Shown here: positions 24,547 through 36,206 of the stretch, one piece after another | How the letters are laid out: every line of letters starts with the position of its first letter | How positions within the stretch are numbered: the first letter of the stretch is position 1 | Source of the DNA: Ptychomitrium polyphyllum | Taxonomy: Eukaryota | Length of the DNA stretch: 64,000 nt | Reading direction: 5' to 3' | NCBI GenBank assembly: GCA_973851085.1 | Contig: OZ316775.1 | Coordinates: 1,550,001-1,614,000, forward strand | The notes under the pieces: model-generated | Told to the model about the DNA's origin: nothing | Database searches by the model: none | The model's input: the letters and a program-made list of their open reading frames with translations, nothing else | Position numbers and translations under genes: made by a program

Positions 24547-27500
24547 ATGGCTGAGGCCGTGGCTGCAGCGTCCGGCCCCAAGAAAGTGCTGCTCATGTAT
24601 ACGTATCTCGTCGTTTATATTTTGCTTTCCAGTGGCCAAATCTTCTTCAACAAAGTGGGTCTCACTTTTTCGTCTTTGCATCTTTCTTATGTTGGTTTTG
24701 GTTCTCTTTCAGATTTTGGAGGTTGAGATGATTGGTTAGCTATGACTTGGTTAGTTCTGGGGGTTATATTGTGTGAGTGGGAGGTTGAGGGATGTGTTTT
24801 GAGTGTTTGGTGTATGTTGAAGAGGTCAGCTTCATTGATGAATGGTTTTGGTCTTGAGGTTTTGAGGTTTTGGCTTCTGGAGTTGGATGTGGCGTGGGAA
24901 TTTGACATTGGTGGTATGTGGCGTTTGGGAGCAGTGGAAATTTGTAACGTTATGTGATTAGTGCGGAGAGGATATTGGAAGTTATTAGTTAAGTGGAGAT
25001 GTTTTGTTGTTGGCATTGGATTGTGGAGGATGAGGTTGCATTCTTCATTTTTGGGGACTGCGATTGGCGTTTATGGATGAGGAAGATGCCGAAAGGCTAT
25101 CAAGACTTTCTGCTGATTGAGTTTCTTTGGAAACCCTAAATGCTCTTGCATTATTTTAGTAGACATGGGCAATAGCACACTTTATGTTTTCATTGGGGAT
25201 GGTCATCTGGTGTGTTTAGCCTCTTCTGTTCTCTCTTGTATCCAATTTGTTTACGCTACGTAATTTTTATTGTGTTTCTTGTGGGATGGCAGTGGGTGCT
25301 ATCGGACAGCAAATTCAGCTTCCCTTACCCCGTTGGCCTTACGCTCCTGCACATGGTCTTTTCAACGGTGCTCTGCTTTCTGGTCGTCAGAGTATTCGAG
25401 GTATGAGATGCCGATCCACAGAAACCTCAGCTCTTCTTGTTCAAATTATGTAATTTATTCAGTCACATGCAGAGCAGCTTGGATTGAGTTGATTACTGCA
25501 AAGTCTAGCAGTCAGCTCGAATGAAAACTATACTACTTGCAGTGAGCTTGTGGATGTGAGACGGAAAGGCAGAAAAAGCAGCTGACAGAGTTGGGTTGTA
25601 TGATGACATCAGTGGGTGAAGCTGAAGCAGGACATGACCTATGACATGTGAGCCTTGCTGACCCCTACAGACCTTTACAAGTTTTGGAGGTAGCTCGTCT
25701 GCCATCCCTTTGATCTACCTTTGAAGCAGTTGATTTCGTGATCTTTCTTCGCTCTATTTCTCTCAATAATAATCAGAACTTTCAATTACAGTATAGGTAT
25801 ATAGGATTCAAGACATTAGAATGGTTAACATGTTCACGGAACAAAGTTCCTGAAGATTTTATAACCGAGTCTTGCTGGATTTTTAGGTGAAGTGTTTGAA
25901 ATATATTCAGAACTAAGTTTGTATGTTTTAAGCTGCCCTAATCTGGTGTGTACACTTTGAAGGAAGATTGGTGAGTTTGTCCCTTCAATTTTCAATGCCA
26001 TGTTTGTAGTCAGTTGACTTGACAAATAACTGATTATATATGGGGCTTGGTTTACAGTTACATATCATCTGTACTTCCCATTGGAGCGACATTTGCTATG
26101 ACGTTGTGGCTTGGCAATACTTCTTACTTGTACATCTCCGTGTCATTCGCCCAGATGCTGAAAGCCATCAGTAAGTTCAACTTATATTAGGTGTATGGTC
26201 GCACATAACGCTGCAAATAGGATTCCTCTTTGGAGATTTGTGGAGCTTCTAGAACTCATACGAAACGTGGTTCTATGCAGTGCCCGTGGCCGTGTTTCTC
26301 CTTGGGGCATCGTTTGGATTGGAAGAGCTGAGTCTAAAAATGATGGGTACCATGTCAGTGATAAGCGGTGGCGTACTGATTGCTTCGTATGGGGAAGTGA
26401 ACTTCAATTGGATTGGTGTCGTGTATATGATGGGAGGAGTAGTGGGGGAAGCATTTCGCTTGATCTTTATTGAGCTTCTTCTGAAGAGAAAAGGGCTGAA
26501 GATGGACCCCATATCTATGATGTATTATGTGAGCCCCTGCAGGTTAGTCATTACTCGGTCCTCTACATGTCTTCGCTTCTGAAATTGGAGAGCGTGCTTG
26601 ACGATTGTTTATAACGTTTTTGTGGTTTAACTGAGTTCTTACTGATATTTAATTGTTATTACATCGCAGTGCCATATGCCTCTTTGTACCATGGTTAGTT
26701 TTGGAGAAGCCTAAGATGGATGCAGCCATGCAATGGCACTTTGATCCAGTCATTATGACCCTCAATGCTTTGTGCACGTTTGCCTTAAATGTGACTGTAT
26801 TTCTGGTGATCTCACACACAAGCGCTCTCACCATAAGAGTTGCTGGAGTAATCAAGGACTGGGTTGTGGTGCTCGTCTCTGTGTACCTATTTGCGGATAC
26901 AAAACTTACAATCATCAATATCCTTGGTTATGTGATTGGTAAGTACCTAATGATTTTTGCTGATTCTAGGAAAATCGAGAATTCTGAAATCCAGTGTCCA
27001 TAGCTCGTTGGTATAGTTTTGGGACACGAACATATGAATTTCGCGACGTGAAGTTTTCATACGGTGCCGACTCTATAGCTGTGGATCTAGACAGATCTTG
27101 TTCGTTCCAAATCCACGTAGAAAGGTAGGAGGTGGCAACGAAGTTTACAGGATACCATCTTTCATTGATGTGTCTGTCCAGAGGGCTTATGAGTTAGATA
27201 CGTCTCAGTTTGTAATGTTTGAAGGATCTGTTGCTGACAAGAGTTGGGTCTTTGATTTTCGCCTGGGCAGCGATTATTGGCGTCTACCTATATAATTCTC
27301 AGAAGCTGAAAGAGGCAGCTTTGGCAGCCGCAAATAATGCCGACCAGGAAAAGCAGGGGCTTCTGGGTGTCAGCAACACGACTATCAAACAAAACGTAAG
27401 TGTTTGGAACTCGGTGTATGCTATCATATTCTACTGTCATCTGTCGGTACCAAACTATGTGGTTTCACTGTCGAGTCTTCAAGTACTCCGACCTTCTGTC

Positions 27501-27579
27501 CGTCTGTCAAATTTATCATGTTCTTCTACTACGATCATAGGAAAAGTCTTCTTAAGTGGTTTTGCAGGTCTTCTTGTAA
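24547..27579 (+). CDS. Nucleotide-sugar / sugar-phosphate translocator family protein (TPT domain; At3g14410/At1g53660-like)
   Basis: join(24547..24654,25293..25400,25613..25647,26058..26170,26281..26542,26670..26938,27271..27395,27568..27579). Motifs SSGQIFFNKWVL, FPYPVGLTLLHM, WLGNTSYLYISVSFAQMLKAIMP, MYYVSPCSA, HTSALTIRVAGVIKD. The final 12-nt exon (VFL*) is tentative. Confidence 0.9.
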
Positions 27580-29176
27580 TCAACTCTGTTCTGGTGATGA
27601 TCCAGTTAGATGTCTGATTGTATCTTTGTAGCAAAGTGGAGCCCCTGAGTTGGAGATGGAAATCAGAGACTTCAAGGAAAACGGTACACAACAATAACTA
27701 CCTATTTATTACAATTTATACGATACAAATTCTTCCGTCCTCTGACCTCACAAGACGAAACATTAACAGGACCACACGTGCGAGGATCACATTTGAGTTA
27801 CACTTCCAGGAACAAGACACCGAAGGTCACTCAAAGAGACAAGCATGCCTGAGTTAGTGTGAACAAGGATCCTGTTCTTCAAACGGTATATCCACATCCA
27901 TATCCATACCATTCTTTATCCAGATGACTCTGCACCACTTCTACAGGGAGCATCTGGCCAGACACGACTGTAGACAATTTTCAGCCAAGTTTAGCACTTG
28001 GAGAAGAAGTGGAGTATTGTTCTACTACTGTTGATCATGGTGCAGGGTCATCCAGCTAAAGAACGTTATGATACAAGCACTCCTGAGAAACCGCAAGATG
28101 TTTATGACCTGCATGTTGTTGCACTGTAATGTTCATTATATCCGCTGTTCTTGTAGAACACAGGATTCTTGTTACAAACTTCACCAGTATTGGGTGGTTA
28201 CAGATGATGTGATGTATAAATGGGCATGTAATGGTACTGAGACTTGTATATGACAAGATCAACTATAACTTGTACTAGAAGCTTAGCTTTTTTGTGAAAT
28301 TTTTTCTCCAATTACAGAAGCAAGTTTTTGTCCAAAGTCCTTTGAGACCGGTTTTCAATAGAAATTTTCTTGTTTGAGTTTGTTTGTCAGAGAACCTTTT
28401 TGAACGTTGTCTTCCAAAACATAAATTGATAGATTAACTCTGTAGACTTTCGCGTGTGCGTTTTCCATGCTACTGAGTCAACTGTAGCACTAAATTATGT
28501 ATATCACCCAGTAAATGGTGACTTGTGGACGAACCACAAAGAGTTGCCATTAGCTTGGCAGACTTCCAAATGTTGTAGAAAATCTAAGAACTAAACTTAT
28601 ATGTCAGTAGTCCACTCCCAAGTGCTAATGCAAACAACTCTGTACAGAATCGGATAGTGATAAGTTTCATGATCCATTTTGCTTCCATTTGGTGCGCAGG
28701 AACTTTGTTAGAGAGAAAGTGTATACCGCCAATATCCTCCACCAATTCAATTAACCTCCTACCCTACATGAACATTATAATCAACATATCATCCTATCAG
28801 AAAGCTGCACAGATAAAACCTTAACAGAAACACCTTGGCCTTCGATCCATACATCCCATTCACATGCGAAACAAATCTCAACATTTTGCAAAAGAATATG
28901 AATTTAGAGTGATAAGACTATCTTTTAAGAATTGTGCACAGCATGCCCACAAATCTTGGAGCACCCTCTACTGACATACAGCTGTACAGGAATTTATAAC
29001 AATGTAATCTTCTGGATAGAATCCAAATGCATCATCGTACACTATACAAAACCAATACCACCTCGTTTCACATTAGAAAACAAGGAGTAAACCAATCGAA
29101 AGCCCTCGAAATTAGCCGGGTCCTGCAATACCACCAAACCTGGCAATGGGCCCTTTCGCCATTGAATGCCGATGGC

Positions 29177-30953
29177 TTACAACCTCAATGTACAAACAGT
29201 TCCCCAAGAAATGTTACGCCTTGCAGTCTTTGCAAGGAGAGGACGAGTCATCACGAACCGCCAACCACGAGTCTTGGGGTTGTATACTTGAAACACTATC
29301 GATCCTCTCTTCTTCTTCGGCGTCTGTTTCGCATCTCCAAAGTCCAACACCGGTCCCCCAGGAATCACATACAACTCTCCTCCCAATGGAACGAGTCGAC
29401 ACGATGCCTCTGCAAGTACTGTACCTGGTAGTTGCGCCTCTCTGATCCAACGATTCTCTACAATATCATATCTGAACAGAACAAGCCTCAAAATCAACCG
29501 TCGATTGTCAAAATTCAGATTTACTTGATGGAAACAGAGCACCATACCTTAACATTTATATAAAACTCAGTAATCTGAAAGTGACTATGCTCAACTAGTG
29601 CATAGACATTTAATGGACTTGCGAATAGGATGCAATCTTGTGATAAATGAAATGATCAATTGTGATCACACGAGATTATCTGTTGATATTCTCAAGTCAA
29701 ATAGAGTTGGTGGAAACCCTATCTCAATATTTATAAATCCAATGAATATGAACACTACGGTAGCATTTGTATTCGATGAACTTTCCAATACTTTTCTCAA
29801 CTTCGTGAAACCAACGGTATTGATATAAAAACACAAACAAATACCCCGATGAATCATCACATAAAGGCATCTTTATATTATTGCGTATTGCCGCCGAATG
29901 ATGAATGACCTAATTGACAAGTGAATTGCAAGCGAACAGCAAAGCAATATAGTACCTGAAAATGGCAGAGCCGTCCAGCATGAAAACGCTAGAAGGCTCG
30001 CCTTTAGGGGTACTGACAACAGCCACCTTCCCTAACCTCCTCCTCTCGCCTTCTTCCCACATAGGCTTCAATATTCGCCATGAACCGGTCTTCAAGTCCA
30101 TAATCTCACCATCAGGGTAGTACTCATCCACAGGCAATATACCAGCGATAGTCCGGGAGCCACCATAACCCCCCACAACCCAAAATTCATCGGCCAGGAC
30201 GAACCCTACACATCCAGCTCGAACGTTTTGCAAACTCTCCAATGCAGACCAGCGATCCTCCCCGAGACCATATCGCTCCACGGAAGAGAGGCGACTCCCA
30301 CCTGCGGCGAATTGTGCGTGACGTGAACCACCTCCTGCTACAAACACTGCGTCATCATACACTCCACAGGCGAAGCTGCCGCGAGGAGTGCGCATGTCTG
30401 TGAGTCGATCCCACCTGGAATTGATCGGGTCGTACCGGTACACGGCGGAAGAGGGTAAGGGCCGATCCATAGGGAAGCTTCGAGCGTCATAGAGAGAGCC
30501 TCCAATCACGAGCAGGGAGCTTCCCAGGGAGACGCACTCGAAATTCGTGAGCCCGTACGTGAAGGGCTCAGAGGGCATTGGAGGCAGGAGGCTCCACAAT
30601 TGCGAGCGGGGATCAAACAACTCCCCTTGCGTAATAGAAGGATCGTCACGGAAGAGGCACATTATCTCCTCGCATTTGTCCCACCGCTTTCGAACCTCGA
30701 ACAACGCCCTCCCTGAAAACACCACATTCCACGCCTTGCATACCCCCTTCAAGGAACTATGCTGCCACAGCGGCAGACATGCCAAACACAGACACGCCAA
30801 ATCATTCGGCAACCCGGGAATTATAGCACTCCCATCCTCTCCAAATCCATTCCCGACGTAACAATTGTCCGCCACATCCGCATTCGAACTCGAACTCCCC
30901 GCCCCTTCCGACCCACCCCCTTGACAGAACCCCAGCATCACCATCCCCTCCAC
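29177..30953 (-). CDS. F-box/kelch-repeat protein, OR23-like (~430 aa)
   Basis: complement(join(29177..29471,29956..30953)) = 1293 nt. F-box IPGLPNDLACLCLACLP, kelch repeats with GG motifs (LVIGGSLYDARSFPMDRPLPSS, FVAGGGSRH, FWVVGGYG). Confidence 0.92.
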
Positions 30954-33475
30954 CCTCTCGCTCCTTCAGACCCCCCCAAATTCCTCAACCACACCCCCCC
31001 AACCAAACCTCACTCTCCCTCCCCTCAAACCCTAATTCCTCAAAACCCCCAAACACTCCAAAATTTCACAAAAAAAGTCCAAATTTTTTTTTTAAATAAA
31101 AAATCCTCCCACACCACCTCGCTTCTCGAACCTCACACCCCCAATCACCCCTACCCCCATCTCAGACTCTCAGCCGTGGCGTCCCCATCACGCAACCCAG
31201 CCTCCCACTCACAACCCCTTCCACTTTACGGACCCCAATGAATTCTCACAAACGCCACACTCCTTCAATCACGCTCAGAGCTGGCCCCAAACCAGATCGT
31301 GCCCGCGGGTACCGCTGAGGCGAGCGGCGACGCGGGTAGGCCGAGCTGGGCGCTGGCGATGGCAATGGCGATAGCGATAGCGATAGCGGTGGCGATGGAG
31401 GTCCAAACCCTAAGGCCGAGAGCGCTCGTGAGGGTCATGACCACCTTTGGGCTTGGGCTCTCCTTCTCTCTCTCTGTGTGCCCGTGGGGTGAATCTTGTG
31501 AATCTTGTGGGGTGTTGTTGTTGTTGGGCCCTTTACCTTCACCTCAGCACTTACTTTGGGTTTTGCAAGTTCCCGGCTTGCATCGAGGTTCCAAATGGAG
31601 AGCACTGGGCAGTGATGGCCTGGCCTCAGTTGGGAGCATGGACGGAGCCAGGGGCCCTTTGCCAGCGTGGCCCCCTGGAACAAATGTGGGACCCGCTTGC
31701 CCAGATTCTCTCTATCGCTCATTTCCTCTGATAGTCTTGGATCAGTCTTGGATTCCTGGGGTGGTGGGGCCAGTCCGTGAGGCTTTCTTCACTGTGAGCG
31801 TGTACTTGGGTTACTGACTTCCAGGATGGAGGTCTAGGAGGGTTCAAGGTTGAGATTGGTGGGAACATTTTGAGATATTATTCTCTTGGATATTCCACGG
31901 TGACTTGGTCTTTGGACTCACACTTACAGGTCAATAGGTGTACGGTAATTGGAGCTTGAGATTGGTTCTAGGAAGGTAATGATATTGTTTTGAGGTTTGA
32001 AATAGAAGTGACAAAATGGGGTGAAAAGTGTTGCAAAGATCCTGGTTGAAGGTCATCTTGATTCCTATAGGATAGGGGCTTTTTAGTTCAAGATAATTAT
32101 TAGTTTTAATGTGTGTTGAAGGTGTAAATAGATATGAAATTGAATCTCAATTGTATAACTTTGTGATAGACTTATTGTGGATAATGTGGACCTAATTGGA
32201 ATTAAGTAACCTCACAAATTTGAAGATCATTAACGTCTTAATATTAAACTAAATAATTTTAAAATGTGACTTGGTGGTACTTTAAAGCTAAAAATATCCT
32301 ATTATGAAGAGTTAAGAATGGGCTATAAAAATGAAAGCTAAGTGACATAAGACAATTTTGTTTAAACAATTCTATTTTAAACCTTATTATTATATTTACA
32401 ACTTGGTTGTTGTTGATTTTCATGCCACAACATTTTCATGATCTAGTGAATAATAAATCTATAAATTCAAAATTAAAATTAAAAAACTCAGTTTCTTTAA
32501 AAAAAAATTATAGCAAATTATGTATTATTTTGAAAATTTAAAATTATTAAGACATTTGCATTTTCTAAAAAAATTTATGTACAAAGTTTTTACCAACACC
32601 TTGGAAATATATAAATGATTAATTTAAATTACTTTTTGACTCAAAGACCAAACTATTCAAATCTTAGAAGGTCACAGTACAAATGCATATGGTAGTTATG
32701 GACATTATTCAACATTAAAGTATATAATGAAGAAGATAATTTTAGAGATACCATTGCTTTGCATAGCAAGGTACTTTTTGAATAAAATTATTTTTGATTA
32801 AAGATAGCTTCACACCTTCTCCTTTAAGAGACAAGAAAAGAAAAAAACTAACTTTAGAAACATGGATTATCAAGTCAAAAGATAAAAAGACATTAAAATG
32901 TTTTAGTTGGAAAAAATCTTTTTTCACATACTAGACATTAGATTGCCATTCTAAAAGCAATTTCTGAAATTAAAAGAAGAGTTACCAATATACCAACAAC
33001 AATTGTTGCCTTGTAACTTCAATTAGTTCTCCCATAAGAAGGGGACAAGGTGTAAAACCTTGAAAAAGAACTTTCAAAAATTCAGCCAATCAAATAGTTG
33101 AAATTCTTTTCATCACTCATATTGCAGAAATCCCTTCTGGCGTGGGCGACGGAACTTGTAAGTCGGTCCTAAGCACGGGAAACGATACCCTTACCAGTCC
33201 ATTTACCAAAAAGGTGCTCCCGTTGTGAATCTTATCCGGGCCCTTCGTGCAGGTAGAATCCGAGATATCCTGACCCTACAACACTACTCTCGTAACCCTC
33301 TTTGGATGAATTCTCATATTTTCATCCACATGGTCTACGTCGATCGTCAAACGGTACCGTATGCTGTATTTCCCATGGTGGCACATGCTATACCCTGCCG
33401 GAAATGGGCATGGGATAGACGGTGTGGAGGTGCCCGTCGAACCGCTGCCAAGCCCTAGGTTGGCACCAGAGTGGA

Positions 33476-33503
33476 AAACCCTAGGAAGGCAAGCGTATTA
33501 TAG
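33476..33503 (+). promoter_or_regulatory. Telo box (AAACCCTA) and TATA-like element upstream of eEF1B
   Basis: aaaaccctagg at ~33475-33485 followed by tattata at ~33496-33502, ~110-135 bp before the ATG. Telo boxes are typical of plant translation-machinery promoters. Confidence 0.55.
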
Positions 33504-33611
33504 TTCTCTGCAAGCCGCCTCGACCACCCCTGCATTCCTCTCTTGCATTCTCTTCTTTAGGCTGTCTCGCTCTGCTCTGCTCTGCCCTCCGATCCTTCGG
33601 AGCCTCACACG

Positions 33612-35166
33612 ATGGGCATCACCTTCGAGAATTTGTCAGCCTCAGAGGGTTTGGCGAAGCTCGACCAGTATCTCCTCACCCGCAGTTACATCTCCGGGTA
33701 AGTGCGGGGAGTTGAGTTTGGGGTTCTGATTTGCACTTCAGGTTTGGTGGTGTTTGTTTGGTGTGAGGTGGAAGAGGTGTTGATGTTTAGGAATTTGGTT
33801 GGATGTGCGTTGCAGGTATCAGGCTTCCAGGGATGATCTTGCCGTGTTTGTTGCTCTGGAGAGCGTGCCTGCGGAGTATGTGAACGCTTCCAGATGGTTC
33901 AAGCATATCTCGGCTTTGGCTGGACCGCAGTATGTGCTTCTTTGTCTTGAGCCTCGGAGTGGTTTTTTTGTTTTGATTTCAATATCTTCCAGGGCTTTGA
34001 TACGGTTGTTGTTGTTGTTTGAGGGAATGCTGGTTTTGTTTGCGGTCTTGGTTACTGATGCTTTATTCAAGGTTACTGAGTGAATCTGAGTGCTTTTCAT
34101 AGGTTTTGAGACTCTGGGTATGTTGTGAGTTGATGACCTTCTTGTTATTCAGATTCGCTGCACCAGGTGCTGGAGTTCACATCGAGAGCGGTGCTGCGCC
34201 TGCTGAGGTAGCCTCTAAGGAGGCTGCTCCAGCTGCTCCTGCTCCGGCTGGCGAAGCCGCTGCCCCTGCTGCTGAAGCTGAGGAGGTATGTTTAGTATAG
34301 TGCAGAGCTTGTCTTAGAGACTCGAGTCAGCGATTTTACTCCCTTTCACAAAGTTTCATCCTCATGGTTTATTCGTCGTTTTGTATTCTGAATTGAGTTT
34401 TCAGTTTCACATAGGACGTTGTTATGTATTCGTCATTTACTCTTTGCAGGAGGACGATGACGACCTCGACCTTTTCGGTGATGAAACCGAGGAGGAGAAG
34501 GCTGCCTCGGAGGCACGCGAGGCCGAGAAGAAGAAGTCTGGCAAGCCCAAGGTTGTTGGAAAGTCGTCCATTGTGATGGACGTCAAGCCTTGGGATGACG
34601 AAACCGACATGGTGAAGCTGGAGGAGTGCGTCCGCGCTGTGCAGATGGAGGGTCTTCACTGGGGAGCTTGTAAGTCATCGAAACATGCCGTCCTGTGTGA
34701 AATGACGATGAGACGGTAGTGTCTGTTACAGGCGACATCTTGGTGTAGGTGTGAGATGGTTCGGTGTAAATGTCGTGTCGTCATCTAAAGCCCAGGAGTA
34801 ATTGGAACTTGTGTGGGATACAGCCAAGCTGGTGACTGTCGTTGCCGGTATCAAGAAGCTGTCGATCATGATGACCATCGTGGACGACTTGGTCAGTATC
34901 GACAACCTGATTGAGGACTACTTGACCTCAGAGCCCAACAACGAGTACATCCAGAGCTGTGACATTGTTGCCTTCAACAAGATCTGTAAGGAACCTCGTG
35001 TCGTTTCTTTCCATTTGTATTTCTGCTACGTGTGTGTATAATTAGTCGAATTTTCCTGTTTGATGCTCAGTTAGATTATATTGGAGGAAGTGACAGCATT
35101 CAGAGGTTCACGATATGGGATAACTATGTATCAGATTGTGATGACGGTTATTTTAATTGTGCAGAG
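33612..35166 (+). CDS. EEF1B: Translation elongation factor eEF1B (beta/delta) guanine-nucleotide exchange subunit
   Basis: join(33612..33697,33816..33929,34153..34285,34450..34669,34824..34985,35165..35166). [56 protein letters not shown]; the stop TAG is assembled across the last intron. Confidence 0.95.
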
Positions 35167-36206
35167 ATTGCATCGTCGAAAGCTGGTAAACTAGTTGGCT
35201 ACTTTAGGGTTAGAATGTGATGTAGTCTCCTGAAGAAGTTAACAGGTCAGAGCCTGGCACTTGATATTTATAGGTTTCATCATTGAATTTGAATTTAAAG
35301 TACAGTTCGTTATCATTGTTCCTTGGCTTCGAGAGTTCTACGTAACGATGGTTATGATTTCCAAATGAAAGTGGTTATCCTTGTTTGGGGCATGAGGTTC
35401 AACCCCCCATGGAACCGGTTTTGGTTTTGGTTTTGGGTCACGTGGGTTGAGTCAAACCTGGGATAACTACCAATATCCAGTAGTCATCTGTCACTTTTTC
35501 GGGAAAAATTAAATTTTCAAAAGAGTGCACACGATTGGGCCTTTCTAGCTAAAAGAATGTAAGCTTTGAATCAACATTAGCCAAATTAAAAACCTTTTAC
35601 ACGAAACTCAAACTGCAATGTTGCAATTTGACATCCAAACATCCAAGTTCTTGAAATCAGAAACTTGACCTAATACGATTGATTCGTACGTCCCGAAGTT
35701 TACAACATCCTAAACGACAACATTGTCTCTTTCTAGCCATATGAACACTTCGTTTCGTTTATACATTTCCAAACCAAAACTGTACCTTAAAACTGGACAG
35801 ATCTCACCGTAATCAATCCCTTATATTTCTTGGTGAGAAGGTGGTAACTTGCAAGGACAACCAAAAACGCTCTTCCTTACCACTTCTTACCCTTCCTCGT
35901 GAAAAAGACGGTAGCACGCAAGAACACACGGAAACCACTTCTTTCTATACCACGGTGGACTTCCTCCAGTTTGGAAACAGCCCTCAATCAAACACGGCAG
36001 TGTACAAAAAGGAGGATTCTCAACCCGTACTGGCATGCTCAGAGGTGTGACTAGTTACCGTCCAGTACCTGCGACCACATATCGATATATGACTGTTAAC
36101 CTATGACCGTGCGGTCGCAATCGCAGAACAGAAGAGCAGGTTGCAGGTGTGAGGGGGCCATTCAGTGGAGTGCAACACGGACTGTCCTACACTTCGCTTG
36201 GTAGCC

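Noticed and set aside
31299..31817. 172-aa plus-strand ORF
   Set aside because: Antisense to the F-box gene's leader/promoter and driven by GC-rich and hexamer-repeat sequence; no domain.
33930..35164. Intronic C/D snoRNAs in eEF1B (as hosted by yeast and vertebrate eEF1B genes)
   Set aside because: No intron shows a properly ordered RUGAUGA...CUGA pair with terminal stem and an rRNA-complementary guide that I could identify; an Infernal/snoscan run would settle it.
35393..35460. Imperfect hairpin around (ggtttt)n downstream of eEF1B
   Set aside because: Short stem with a simple-repeat loop; not miRNA-like and probably 3' flank sequence.
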